A stretch of DNA of 63,728 bases, the filler included, from Phoronis australis (Eukaryota > Animalia > Phoronida), in the NCBI GenBank assembly GCA_002633005.1. It is 9 parts of 9 records of this genome, joined end to end, with 100 filler letters (N's around TTAATTAATTAA, not from the genome) between each part and the next. Parts side by side here need not be neighbours in the genome. Positions count along the whole stretch, not along the records: positions 1 to 25,393 come from NMRA01001144.1; positions 25,494 to 28,395 come from NMRA01000776.1; positions 28,496 to 31,439 come from NMRA01003312.1; positions 31,540 to 40,431 come from NMRA01000517.1; 5 more parts are not named here. One strand, given 5' to 3'. The notes under the pieces were generated by a model. It did no database searches. It was not told where the DNA came from and was given only the letters and a program-made list of their open reading frames with translations. Below, in pieces: positions 24,896-36,540 of the stretch. How positions within the stretch are numbered: the stretch's first letter is position 1; every line of letters begins with the position of its first letter. Position numbers and translations under genes: made by a program.

Positions 24896-24931
24896 ATACC
24901 GTTAAACCAACTGGAAATGGAGAAGGTGGAG
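24896..24931 (+). CDS. 36-nt micro-exon 4, (D)TVKPTGNGEGG
   Basis: tttacAG|...GGAG|GTATGC; exon and splice flanks conserved while the surrounding intron is unrelated to the 1-kb unit. Confidence 0.7.
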
Positions 24932-25393
24932 GTATGCCAATATTTTTTTCTACATGCTATGAACATTCTCACTAAATAAGATTGGTCCTAACCCCAGTGG
25001 TTAAGGTAAACGGTGGGGTATGGAAAATTGAAGTAGACCGCAGTTATCCACCTTGGCTGAGTCGCACTCGGCTCACGATCAAAGTGATGCCGCCAAGCTG
25101 CTCTAGTCATCGAGTCACGAGCGAGGATAATTGGCTTCGCTCATGCCAATATGATCAGCTGTTTACAATCTAGCTAGCAGACTGTAGTTTTTATGGAGAG
25201 AGTTTTACGTAGTTTTTACTGTAATATTTGAAAAGACGAGCGAAAACAAATATGAGTACAACTTTGAATTTTTCAAATCGGCCCAGGATAAGAGATTTTG
25301 CAACACAGCAACACTCACGATTACTTTCATTCGGCGCGCACTAATACAAAAATATAGGACCCAAGTTATTTAGATTTTGGAACACATGCATTG

Positions 25394-25493
25394 NNNNNNN
25401 NNNNNNNNNNNNNNNNNNNNNNNNNNNNNNNNNNNNNTTAATTAATTAANNNNNNNNNNNNNNNNNNNNNNNNNNNNNNNNNNNNNNNNNNNN
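25394..25493. other. Artificial contig spacer 44N-TTAATTAATTAA-44N (also 28396-28495, 31440-31539, 40432-40531, 49512-49611, 52411-52510, 58096-58195, 62284-62383)
   Basis: The same 100-nt linker, with stops in all six frames, occurs eight times. Confidence 0.97.
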
Positions 25494-26096
25494 ATTTGTT
25501 CCTTAGTGGAGTTGGAGGTGATTCCAGGGTTTCAAAAGAACGGGTTCGACGAGTTTTCTCGTCAAGGCCACAACATTTTATGCACCAAGCATTGTCTTGA
25601 GAAATATTTATTGATATGTAAAGGCTGAACCAAAGTGAAAACACACATCACGGTCACGTGACGAGGCCAACAGGTGGCATGCAGACCAGACTTAAAAATG
25701 TTCATGATCAACTTGAGAAATAACAAATTCTCAGTTTGCATATACCTAGCAATCACTTCTCGTCTGAGTACTTGAGACCAATATCCCAGTAGCAAGGCCA
25801 AAAACCATACTCTGCACTCACTGATTACAAGAAACACTCACGCCTGCATCAACCTCAGCCCAGGAATCGTGTTTTTTGAAAAGCTGGAAAAGCACTTTAA
25901 GTAAGGGCAAGCAAGCCTGAAAATGGCATTTGCCAAACAATGAGTAAAAAATGCATCCCTTTTGCTCGTCTCGAGTAGATTTCCATTTTTTGAAAGTGAG
26001 CTTGGCATCCCTTGAAAGATGACAAATATGACAACTACAACAACAATGTCTTAGATTCTCAAATCAAGTGTAAATATTCATTACTCCACAACTCAC

Positions 26097-26140
26097 TTTT
26101 CCTGTTCAGCAACTTTGAAATTCAGGTTTTCCGTCTCTTC
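26097..26140 (-). CDS. Possible 44-nt internal exon (EETENLNFKVAEQE) of an unknown gene
   Basis: Strong polypyrimidine acceptor attttcAG and donor GTGAGT on the - strand; no recognisable homology. Confidence 0.35.
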
Positions 26141-27966
26141 CTGAAAATAAAAAAGAATGAAAAATAAACAAGAGATTCCGAAATTGCCCGCACACAACAT
26201 CCAATTTTTTGCAACATGAGATTACAAAATTCATAATTACTAAAAGCAAAATTAAAGCGCCCTGCAGAAGGGCATGATGATCCCGTCAACAAATTGAAAG
26301 TCAATTAACCGAGACATCTCTGCCATTGACAACGAGGTCGTCTAAAGTGAAGATGACGACAATGATGCCACTGCTGACAATAATCAAAATCTGAAATTAA
26401 AAATTGCCCAGGTGAAAGAATGGATAATTGTGAACATAGTCTGTGTTACGTCGCCGGCATCAGTGTTCAGCGATTGTTGCCGGGACATTTATATGCAAAT
26501 GAACTGCTTTGTTGGCCAGGTGCATTCAAATGTGCGACCTGGGTGCGGCAGTCGAGAACCAGCCGTGTCACAGTGTAGACGTGTTAGAAGCCGTTCACAG
26601 AAAGTGAAACGTTTGCGTCTACGAGAGACTTGTGACATTCAGCAGACAAAGATGATGGGGTCAGATGCTGATGACAAAAGACTGTGCACGGACTGTGTGA
26701 AATAAGATGGACTCTTGACTTAGTAATATTAGTTTGAGGTGCCACGTGGAGAGTGGTCTACCCAATGACGAAACTTATCAATTGTGTGCAAATGTTCGTC
26801 TTCATATGTTGAAGCTTCATTAAATATTATTTCTTTTAAACTTAATGTTTTCTATTAAATTGTCACGTCGAGACACCTGGACTTCATTTAAAGTTTTACG
26901 GTATGCGGAAATTTACAGTGCATATATACAACATAAGACAGCACAGGTGGTGTCATAAAACCGCTCTAAAGCACTCTGACCAAACGTTAATCACAATCAG
27001 GTGGCTTTTCACAGTGAACGATAACAACATCATTGGACAAATTTTGCAGTTCCTGGACATCTGCTAAAGCCTAATGAACAAGTTCCGGCATGAAGCTTAT
27101 GTCCATAATCAGATGCTTGTATCTAAAGATTCTTAAATGAAAAGCAAAATAATGTTGTTATCCCGCAGTAATTTTTGTCTAACTCAATTCGATGACAGCC
27201 ACTTCTTAAGTTCAGCTTCAAATAAGCCCCGCACAACCAATCATGGCATGAATAGTCTCATCAACTGTCAGGATTGGACGACGCATCCGCACGACCACAG
27301 TATTTGCTGTTCTGACAACGACACCCGCACACGAATACCATCTTGTAACCGTATAGGAATAACAGCAAAAGGGGACACCCACAGAGTTGGTGCCTCAACC
27401 GGCTCAATAACATCAAGACTCCATCATGTCCTGGGACCTGTTCCAAGAACCTGACATTTCGCCACGTAATAAAAGCAGATTAATTGCAAAGGTACACATA
27501 AATGTACAGGTAACAATTTTCTCACCTTGATGAGTATAGATGTTAGCACATGTCTGGACATTCTTTTACCCATATGGACCACCTTGCTACATTCTGTACA
27601 GAACCTTACCGGCTGGAAGTCTGAAAACAAAAATAGAACTACAGGCTGGTAGCCTGGAAAAATAAGGAAAATCATACCGGGGATTTACCAACACATAATA
27701 TTACATTCTGCAGAGATACATCCTATTTCTTGACTGTATTTTTGTTTATTTGACATGTATACGACCAGTGGATCAGGTATACAAATATGTTATTTTAGAA
27801 TTTTAAAAACACACCCATTCAAGTTTGAGGGGTGTGTCACTGCCTCATGCTTTGTGTCGAGCTTCATTGAGATCCGTCAAGTGGTCAAGTCTGGGGTAAT
27901 TGTTTCCACTATAATGACATTGACCAGCACACATGAATTTGATTTCGTTGGATTCCTCGCAATGTT

Positions 27967-28395
27967 GACGAGAGCAACGCGGAGCATTGAAATGCGCCCA
28001 CAATTGCACCGCATATGGTATCCTTCTAGGGTTGTTTATTGGTACCATAAAGTGGCCAGTAGAGGGCATACTTTGCAAAATGGAAAGGCATGGTCATTGT
28101 CTCCTCAATAGGCTAGGGGCAAAATGTGAGTAATCTTCATAATACAAGCACATCCTACACACCAGTTGCTTAAAGCACCACAGAAACATGGAATTCAAAA
28201 CAAATTTACCAACATACGAGATTAGCACAGCATTAGAATGCCAGAAACAAATTTCTACTTGGAACTTTTCCTTCACAGTCACGAAGTAACACAAAGTATA
28301 CACCTGAAGACCTATGAAAATACAGAGGTCAATGTAAAATACTAAAATTGCCACTAGAGGCAAATACTAAAATTGCCACTAGAGGCATACCGGTA
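27967..28395 (-). mobile_element. Second copy of the HINE-like element 3' end
   Basis: Reverse-complement match to ~18127-18545; truncated by the spacer. Confidence 0.85.
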
Positions 28396-28639
28396 NNNNN
28401 NNNNNNNNNNNNNNNNNNNNNNNNNNNNNNNNNNNNNNNTTAATTAATTAANNNNNNNNNNNNNNNNNNNNNNNNNNNNNNNNNNNNNNNNNNNNCATTA
28501 GTGATCATGCGCCCCAGAGTTGAACCCCAGTGACAGACATATAGTCCAGAAATGACTCAAAACCTAGACTCTCCCACCAAACACAGCAGCTGAATATGCA
28601 ATTTTTATGTACAATCACTCAACTGTAACAGAGACAGTT

Positions 28640-28730
28640 AGTGAACATCCGAGGTAGGAATCAAACCCAGGATCTCCAAAACACTAGCGGAACACTCTGA
28701 CCACTGACTGACCTATTAAGACCACGCAAG
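28640..28730 (-). mobile_element. tRNA-derived SINE head (degenerate)
   Basis: - strand reads GTCAGTCAGTGGTCAGAG (A-box-like) ... GGGTTTGATTCC (B-box-like) at tRNA-like spacing. Confidence 0.4.
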
Positions 28731-28890
28731 GAACAGGCAATAATAAAGCTGGCATGGCAGTTGAGTCCAGTCACTTAAGAATGGAAGTACAGTTAATATC
28801 TTCCAATGGGCAATTCGTTTGCAGTGCAAAAGTATCCACTGAATACGGCAAATAGTACTTCCCAGAAGAATAAGTCGTCATTGGACTCAC

Positions 28891-29001
28891 CTCAATATAG
28901 ATGTAATGCTTGGCATTCTCTATAGAGTGAATGTAGGCCTTGTGAATGGAGTCTTCCATCTTTTTTATACCCGCAGACCAGTGGCAAGCACTGCGCAAAA
29001 T
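28891..29001 (-). CDS. PLD: Phospholipase D1/2 family exon [37 protein letters not shown]
   Basis: cctcAG acceptor, GTGAGT donor, phase 0-0; conserved LRS..WSAG and HYIYIE motifs. Confidence 0.93.
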
Positions 29002-29691
29002 CTGAGGACAAAATTATATTTGTCATTGATATTTGTTTGATTTGAATTCAACTTTTGGCAAGGAAGCGTCAGCACAGGAGAGAGAATTATAGTCAACATA
29101 ACGTGTAGAACGTACTGACTGTGTGTCATACTTGCACCATTATATAAATCATACAAAAATAGTGAGCTGCATTAAATTTTGTATCTAAACAACTGAGCAT
29201 GCCTGTATTTATGAAAATGTGCAATATAATACGTTAGTTGCATGGCTTTGTGTTAATGCTTCACCTGTAGGCAGTTGTTATCTCACATATATGCGCATAT
29301 TAATTATCCCAATTTGGATGGATTAATGTGTTTTTGATCCATTCTTTGAACATTTCATTTAAAATGTCGGTATAAACACCAATAATTTTGTAAGGAATAA
29401 ATCCAACTTCACTCACAAGTAATTTCTTATACTTATTCCTTTCAGTTGGTTTTCGGTCACAAGTGATTCACATAATGAATGCATTTAATTTTGGATATAG
29501 GTGCACCTTCACAATCAGGCAAGCACATGGGCCTAAATACAGGTGTGCACAGTAAACAACAATACAGTTTACAGACGAAGTGTTGAAGAAAGATTTATAA
29601 GCGTGTGAACTGTTGCCTTACATGAACTCCTAATCACTCCTAACTCCCAACTGTAGCCGTTTGGAAGTGTTCTCGACAAGTTTCTACTTAC

Positions 29692-29802
29692 CTGTGCATC
29701 TACTATCATGGCCGTCTCTCTGAACAGTGTAGCTGGAAGGGTGTATGTGTAACACTTGGGAAGTAGTAGTGGGAACTGACCATTGGTTTTAACTTTCTTC
29801 AT
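29692..29802 (-). CDS. PLD: Phospholipase D exon MKKVKTNGQFPLLLPKCY..IVDAQ
   Basis: tAG acceptor, GTAAGT donor, phase 0-0; PxLLPK motif that lies between RWNFTK and QxLRS in PLD1/2. Confidence 0.85.
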
Positions 29803-31296
29803 CTAATCATAAACAAAATGCACTTAGCCATAGCAGGTTCAATAAGCAAGATTTAGATGATAGATTGATTTAAGATAATTGGTAAAAAAAATAATTTATC
29901 CAAACCTGGTCAACTTTGTAACAACTCATCTCAAAACTGGATTCACACAAAACTTTCAGATACTATGATTTATACGTTATATGTTCCCCTTATGCTTGAA
30001 AAGAATTCAAAAATAAGACTTCTATGGTTTTCATGGAAAAAAACTAAATTTGGATAAAAAGAAAACAAAGCACATGTAGGAAACTGATTTTACATTTATC
30101 ATTTATATCAAATGAAATTTGATCACATGTTACTGAAACTTATTTTGCTATCAATGTAATACTATTTCCTTTTTAATTTTTACAAATTTTAAAAAGATAT
30201 GGTCATGTGACCCAATTAATAACAAAATGGTAAAAAGTAATTCTACATACTTTCTACTATCAGCAAATAATTATTTTACTAAATAACTCTTTTACTGCAG
30301 AGTATGGTTTTCCAGACAGTCATACAGTCAATAAATAAGCTTAATCACTTGCTTGATTTTGCCATGATCAAAACATTGATCGGGGTAGAAATAACAATAG
30401 CTGGAGACCAGAAGTTAACTCTGTTATCATGTCAGTGAAGAAAGTGAAGGAATGCAATTCTTAGTCAAATAAGCATAACATTATTTTTGCCCTGATCTCT
30501 GTTTTAAAGCACTGAGTATTATGATCATGGCAATGCTGATAATTTGATCATCAAGCTAAAATCACGCCATTCAAATTAAACAAATTTGCATTGGCAAATG
30601 TTCCCACAATCAGACAACTCTACTTGTGGTCGGTACGCAGTTTTATCATGCATAACATTAAGCCAGGGCAGGTAACTCATTAAAACAAGAGATCCAGTCC
30701 AGAACATGAAGCAAACAGTGACCTTCAAAGATGGTGCAACATGGGAAATTTTAATTGCTTAGTTCAATATGCCCTGCTGCATTAAACAGTACCAAGCAGG
30801 GACTCAACTTAGTTTCCTAAGACGAGTGGGTATTCGTGAAAACAGTCTGATTCTCTTGATTGCTGTTTGAGTCGCATTACTAAGTCGATTTTTGGCTTTG
30901 ATACAAAGTGCGACTGATTTCTAAGTTGAATTCCCAATATTAATGAAAATAAGCAGGGATCTTCTTATGCAGCACCCCTAATTTAAAGACTAAGCCCCTA
31001 ACTAAATGACTCAATTAAGGGCTCATTTATTAGAAAATGTCATCAGTGAAACAGGAGCTCATAATCAAGATAAAATGATATATACCATCTGTGAGAAAAA
31101 AATGAAAAAATACGCATGATTTAGGAAATTTAATTGCGTCACTATTTAGGACGGTTTCAGGCAATGGACTCTAAGGTGCTATATTTTAAATTAGTTATTA
31201 TATTCAATGGTGGGTTTCAGTGTCAAAATAAACTAAATATTAGGGACATTACAGTAACGAATATCTGTTTGGATAACATCAATGGATATAAAGTAC

Positions 31297-31415
31297 CTTA
31301 GTGAAGTTCCACCTCTGTATAAAGTGTCGTGACACGTCCCTGGCTGCCTTGCCAAAGAGAACACATCCAATATCGTGCCATGGCATGCGTGGCATTGTGG
31401 TGCGGTCAATAAAAT
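31297..31415 (-). CDS. PLD: Phospholipase D exon (D)[39 protein letters not shown]
   Basis: ttcAG acceptor, AAG|GTACT donor; diagnostic PRMPWHD and RHFIQRWN motifs. This frame is not in the ORF track. Confidence 0.95.
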
Positions 31416-31859
31416 CTGAACAGATTGAAACAATACTGANNNNNNNNNNNNNNNNNNNNNNNNNNNNNNNNNNNNNNNNNNNNTTAATTAATTAANNNNN
31501 NNNNNNNNNNNNNNNNNNNNNNNNNNNNNNNNNNNNNNNTCGATATAATGTATATGCATCGCGGAGCCACATGAATTAAATGATAAATTTGCGTGATCTT
31601 AGCGGTTTCTCTTGAGAAAAACGGAAAAATAGAAAGCCCGCAGTGGATTGACAGACGTGCAGCCGCTCAGGCCACTTGAAAATCTGCCACTGGTTGCGAT
31701 TTTCTAATAGAATGATATTTTCCCTATCGACTGATTAACTCTTTAAAAAACGCATGTAAGTGCTACATCACATGTTTTAGTTTGTTTCTGGAATAGCCAC
31801 ACTCTTTGGCCTCTTTATTTGTTAGATATCGCGCGTTGAAAAGGACAATTTACCACGTT

Positions 31860-31920
31860 TGTTTACATGGCAATTAGCCGTGTCACGTGACTAGTAGCAC
31901 TCTCCAATATGACGTCATGG
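31860..31920. promoter_or_regulatory. Motif cluster: GTCACGTGAC (E-box/CLEAR), CCAAT, TGACGTCA (CRE)
   Basis: Positions 31882-31891, 31904-31908 and 31910-31917. Could equally be transposon subterminal sequence. Confidence 0.3.
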
Positions 31921-34339
31921 TCTGTGCACTAACCACCTAGCGGCACAAAGGGAACCAGCGAGTCATTCGTCCTTGCCCTTGGTTGTGCTGTCCTGTGATT
32001 TGTCCGTGGGACAGTTTCCCCGGATGGAAGCACTATAAATACATCGCCAAGCCCGGGAAATTTGCCTATCAAATCTGGACCTTCGAGAAATTCAGCCGTA
32101 CAGATTGACCGTGCATTGTAAGTACTCTCTGAGGCACAACTAGTGAACCTGTGCAGTAATACAACATTTTCCTTTCCCATAACATTTGAATCAATCACAT
32201 GAAGGTGCTCAAGCCCTGCTTGGTACATGTTTATACCTCCTTGTTGTTGGCTACGGCTATAGACTCCTACTGATGAAAATAACAAAGTAAGAATTCAACA
32301 ACGCCCTAATCTCCGCCCAGGGCCAGGACCGTAGGAAGGAAAAAATATTGGGGGGGAGGGGGCACAAACCAAATAATTTGACTACGCCAACCTACCCCCT
32401 TGCTATCGCCACCTCACCTCCCGCGTTCTCTGGATGTCACCATTTGTAGCCTANTAGCTGGGAGCTGCCTGAAGTAACTATATTTGGGTTCCAACAGGTG
32501 TCCTCTTCTCTTGTTATTATGGCCATTCTTTGAAGTAATTTTCTGGAAAGGTGAGGTCCCGAGGTGCCGGTCATGTTTGCCTTTGTGTGCGTTGCAGAAT
32601 TCCTAGATGAAACACAGTCGGTAGTGCAATTTTTGGTTGGTGGGGGAAATGTGTGTTCCATAAATGTACACACTTCAACGTCTGGAGTTCAAATTCAGTT
32701 CCCATGGGTAGCTGAGATTATACAGGTCTACAGCATGGTTACACCTTATTTTTAACGTGGGTGTGCCATGCACCCAGGGGTGGGGGGGGAGCGCGAAAGA
32801 GCCCCCCATATATGGGCAGAAAGGTCCGCCTCAAAGAAACAGAAAGTCCGAGAAAAACGAGACGAAAGTCCTCTAAGGCAGGAATTCGGCGTATGCACAA
32901 TTCATAGCCCTGAACGAGCCCCGTATTCCTTTTTTAGTGAAATCATGTCCACATCCTAAAAAATTCGAGGCCTCATATTTTAGACTGGGTGCCTGCATAT
33001 CGTGTGTGTGTGTAGTATGCGCGGGAAATGCAAGCAAACGATTCAGTTTTTAAGAACAATAATTCATTGCGTAATACTACTGGAAACTAAAAACATCAAG
33101 GGAGTGCGACCTAATTCACGCAGCGGACATTAAAATCCAAAGCGAGGCTCGCTGCGATAAACAACTTAAAAAGCGAAAGTTGACATTGCGTGAGTTAAAT
33201 GTCCGGTCTTTCGAGTCCAACCTGGAATGTGTCTACAATTAAACACAGAGACATCGAAAAATAGATTAGAAAACATTTCAATGGTCCAAGAGTTGTCTGA
33301 CTGGTTAATAATTGTTTTGGAAAACTATTTTCGAAACATGAAAAGTAAATATGACCAAATTGCGGCGATCGTAGTGTTACGGATTAGGGATTATGCTGAA
33401 CGCAGGGTTACGCATCTTCTTGTAATTAAATTGTTGATAAAATTCTTTCTACACCAACCAGGTCATCTGCTCGTATTGTTGACGAGTTGAAGATATATTC
33501 GACAGTGGTGACTCATCGCATTTTGCTGTCAAGTGCAAGTAGTCCCACCTGGTTTAATTTGTTGATCAAGAATATTAACATGACGCCGCATAGCCTGATC
33601 CTGGTGAGGTGGGGACTACTGCGACTTACAGTTGATTTGTCATTGATCTGAAAGAATACTTCATGTTATTAAATATATATTTAATTAAAATAAAAAACCA
33701 GGCTCATCAATGAAAATAAAAATTATTTGACCATCAATTCTGCTTTCTTGGTTTTAATAATTCTTACGACACTTTCATGCGTTAAGTTTCAAATATCGAG
33801 TTGAACTTTAAAATTAAATCGGCTAATTCGTCCGTCCAAAGCATAAACTTGTTTTAGAACTCGATTCAGTTAACTGAATCGAGCAATCATAGCTAAAATT
33901 TTTCCAGGCGCCTCGTTCATCCGAGGCCGCGGAAAGGTGCCTGTGCCTTCTGAGAGATTTTTTCGCTGAATGAGGGGATCACCATCAATAGCACCTCCAC
34001 CGATTGCATGCTCTCATAGGCTTTGTCTCAATTTAAAGTAGCATTTTGTGCTCTTTCAAATTGTCGCGTGTGTGGTTACAGGTGATTTGAACTTGGCGAT
34101 AGGGGAATTTTTAGGCCTCGCCGGGTAATTTCGCGTGACTTTGCATTATTTTTGAGAGAGGGAAATAGGGCCGATATTCGGCCCCAAAATCGAGGGATTG
34201 AGGGTCCTGTCAGCTTTGGAAAGAAAATTGCATCATGTTTCAACCCGTAGTCATGAGCCTGGCTGGCCGAAGATTCTCCGGCCGTTGCTATCGATGCTTG
34301 GCAACCGAGATCAGACAACTGATCTAAACTTTTCGAAAA

Positions 34340-34500
34340 CATTTATAAATTTTACACTGACACATTTTCCTTCGTCGCAGCGTATGGCAACGACCCAACG
34401 CTTCCGAATCTCAACGTCCTTAGGGACTGTAAAGCAGACAGTTGAGTGTCCGTATTTTTCTAGCCGCTCGAGTAACGCGGCCCTACACCACGTACTAAGC
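34340..34500 (-). pseudogene. Decayed THAP domain N-terminal half
   Basis: CFTVPKDVEIRKRWVVAIRCDEG matches the THAP F..PKD..RxxWxxAIRR motif. Confidence 0.65.
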
Positions 34501-34617
34501 CGATAAGCTAACACAGCTATCGTCAGTGCTGTAGTTGGGCGTAGGCGCACGTAGGCGCAGCCAACCACCTTTCTACACTATAAGGTAGCGCCTAAACGCG
34601 CCGTACGTGATGTTTAA

Positions 34618-34990
34618 AGGCGAAGTCAACCTTTCTTTATGTCATTTTTAGCAAAAAATTAGGTTCGTTGGTTATCCCAGACATATTTTCAACTTAATTA
34701 CAGCTTTTCGTAATTTAAATAAATATTCGTTCTCTGCTCCTGAAGTGACGTTTTGGGAGGCAAGCATTTCCCGCCAATTTATTTTCATGTTGTCTGACTA
34801 TGAGAGCTGTCGCGTCAGTCATTGATCTACCTCCGTTGTGATAAGTTCGGTCATCATTTGCTTTTGTTTACGAGTCAGTCAACATGCCACACTGTTGCTG
34901 CGTACCGGGATGTACTCATTATGGCCCAAAGCCTGTAAGCAGCCCTGCTGCGATGTTGAGTAGTGGGAGTGAATACAGCCTCCCGTTCAA
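34618..34990 (+). mobile_element. Left end of a second Kolobok-like copy with internal deletion
   Basis: TTAA|AGGCGAAG; colinear with 4080-4380 (MPHCCCVPGC), then jumps to sequence matching ~4818-4880. Confidence 0.8.
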
Positions 34991-36540
34991 ATTTAAGCCC
35001 ATCAAATGATAAGTGAAGCTGTCTTTTCGGGCCGTGTTGCGTCTCCGCGAGATCCTAGCTCAAACAACAAAAGATTGCATTGAATAGGGGTCTGAATAGA
35101 ACACCATTGCGTGCAGGTGTTATTCGCAACTGTTTGAATTAAAAGGTGATTCTCGCGGTGACATTCACAAAGCAAGCCAGTGCGCCTAACAGTTGCATTT
35201 CGCAATTTATGACACTAGTGGACTCAGAGCAATGCTCTAAACATACTTTTGTAACCAAATTTATAGGTGTTACCGTTGAAGATAGGCTTTAACATCCATA
35301 GCGGTGAAAGTGGTTTTGTACATAGTTACTTTGAAAGAATGTGACAGATTGAGGGGTGTTATTGTTTTATTTAATGTGTGTTTGGGAGCTAACAATGCAC
35401 ATTCATTAAATTTCTCACTATATCTTGCCTTCACATTCAATAAAATATATTAAAAACTTAGAAAAGTATAAATGCTAAGCATTACTTCTTACGACAGTTC
35501 TAATGATATGGTTTTTTTCTTATTTAAGTGTGTGTTGAAAAGTTACTGATGCACACTTGAAGAAGCTAATCACTGTTGTGACAAGTTAGTTTTGGCGTTG
35601 TATGTATAGTTTGTTTAAAATACTTGATCGTCTCTACCTTTGGCTTATTTGGCACTTCATTTGTATTTTCCAGTTTCTTATGCACCATCTGTCCTTCACA
35701 GAAAAGGAGCATGCAAGTAGAAGCAATTTTGCACATAGTAGTTGCAGGACCCGGTGTTCACAACAGCATTGTGGGTTCACCTACGGCCTACTTCCCACTG
35801 TGTCAGTAAATCCGTCATGTTCTTTTGCAGTTTCAGTTGTAAAGTGTATCCGTGACCGAGAAAGGAATATGCAAGTGTGAAAGTGACACTGTACATAGTA
35901 CTTACGTGCCAGTGGGTTTGTGACAGTATCGTGAGTTTGCACATGTGAAAGTGTGTGAACTATTAACTGCAGGGTTTTCTTCACAGCTGGGTTCATCATC
36001 TTCTTTTTACCATAAAGTACCGCTCTTTGTGGTTGGCCTGGTGGTGGACAATTATTGCGAGTTCAACACTCACAAGAACACATTCAATGTGTGGTAGTCT
36101 ACCCAACATCTTAATTGAGGTGATGATTCACACTAGCCAATGCCTTCATTGTCATATTGTAAGATACTTTACCTTTGTTTGCTCCGGGTGGCTCATGGTC
36201 ATGTGTATATTCATGACTGAATGGACTGAATGTAATTTGCATATGACCTGACCCTCATTTCAGTATAAGTGTTGTGCGCTGACTAGATTTACTTACATTG
36301 TGGCAGTGCATATTTGGCGTCAGGGAAGAGAGCCAGGGAGCGGCAGTATTGAGAACTGAAACAGAGAAGAACTGTGGAAATGTCAATGAGAAATGTTTCA
36401 TGTCTCTCAATAAAGCACTTTTAAAAAGATGTAACTCCTCTTGACTTGCCAAGCACTCACATTGGTTCTCAATATGCTCTTAACTGTGAGATGGCNTGCC
36501 AAACACTCACATTGGTTCTCAATACGCTCTTAACTGTGAG

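Noticed and set aside
22354-24931. 36-nt repeats as a CRISPR array
   Set aside because: Spacing is 0.5-1 kb, the intervening DNA is itself duplicated, repeats are bounded by AG/GT splice sites, and there are no cas genes.
27550-27620. Possible minus-strand exon (FQPVRFCTECSK)
   Set aside because: Good acceptor but two competing donors and no recognisable homology.
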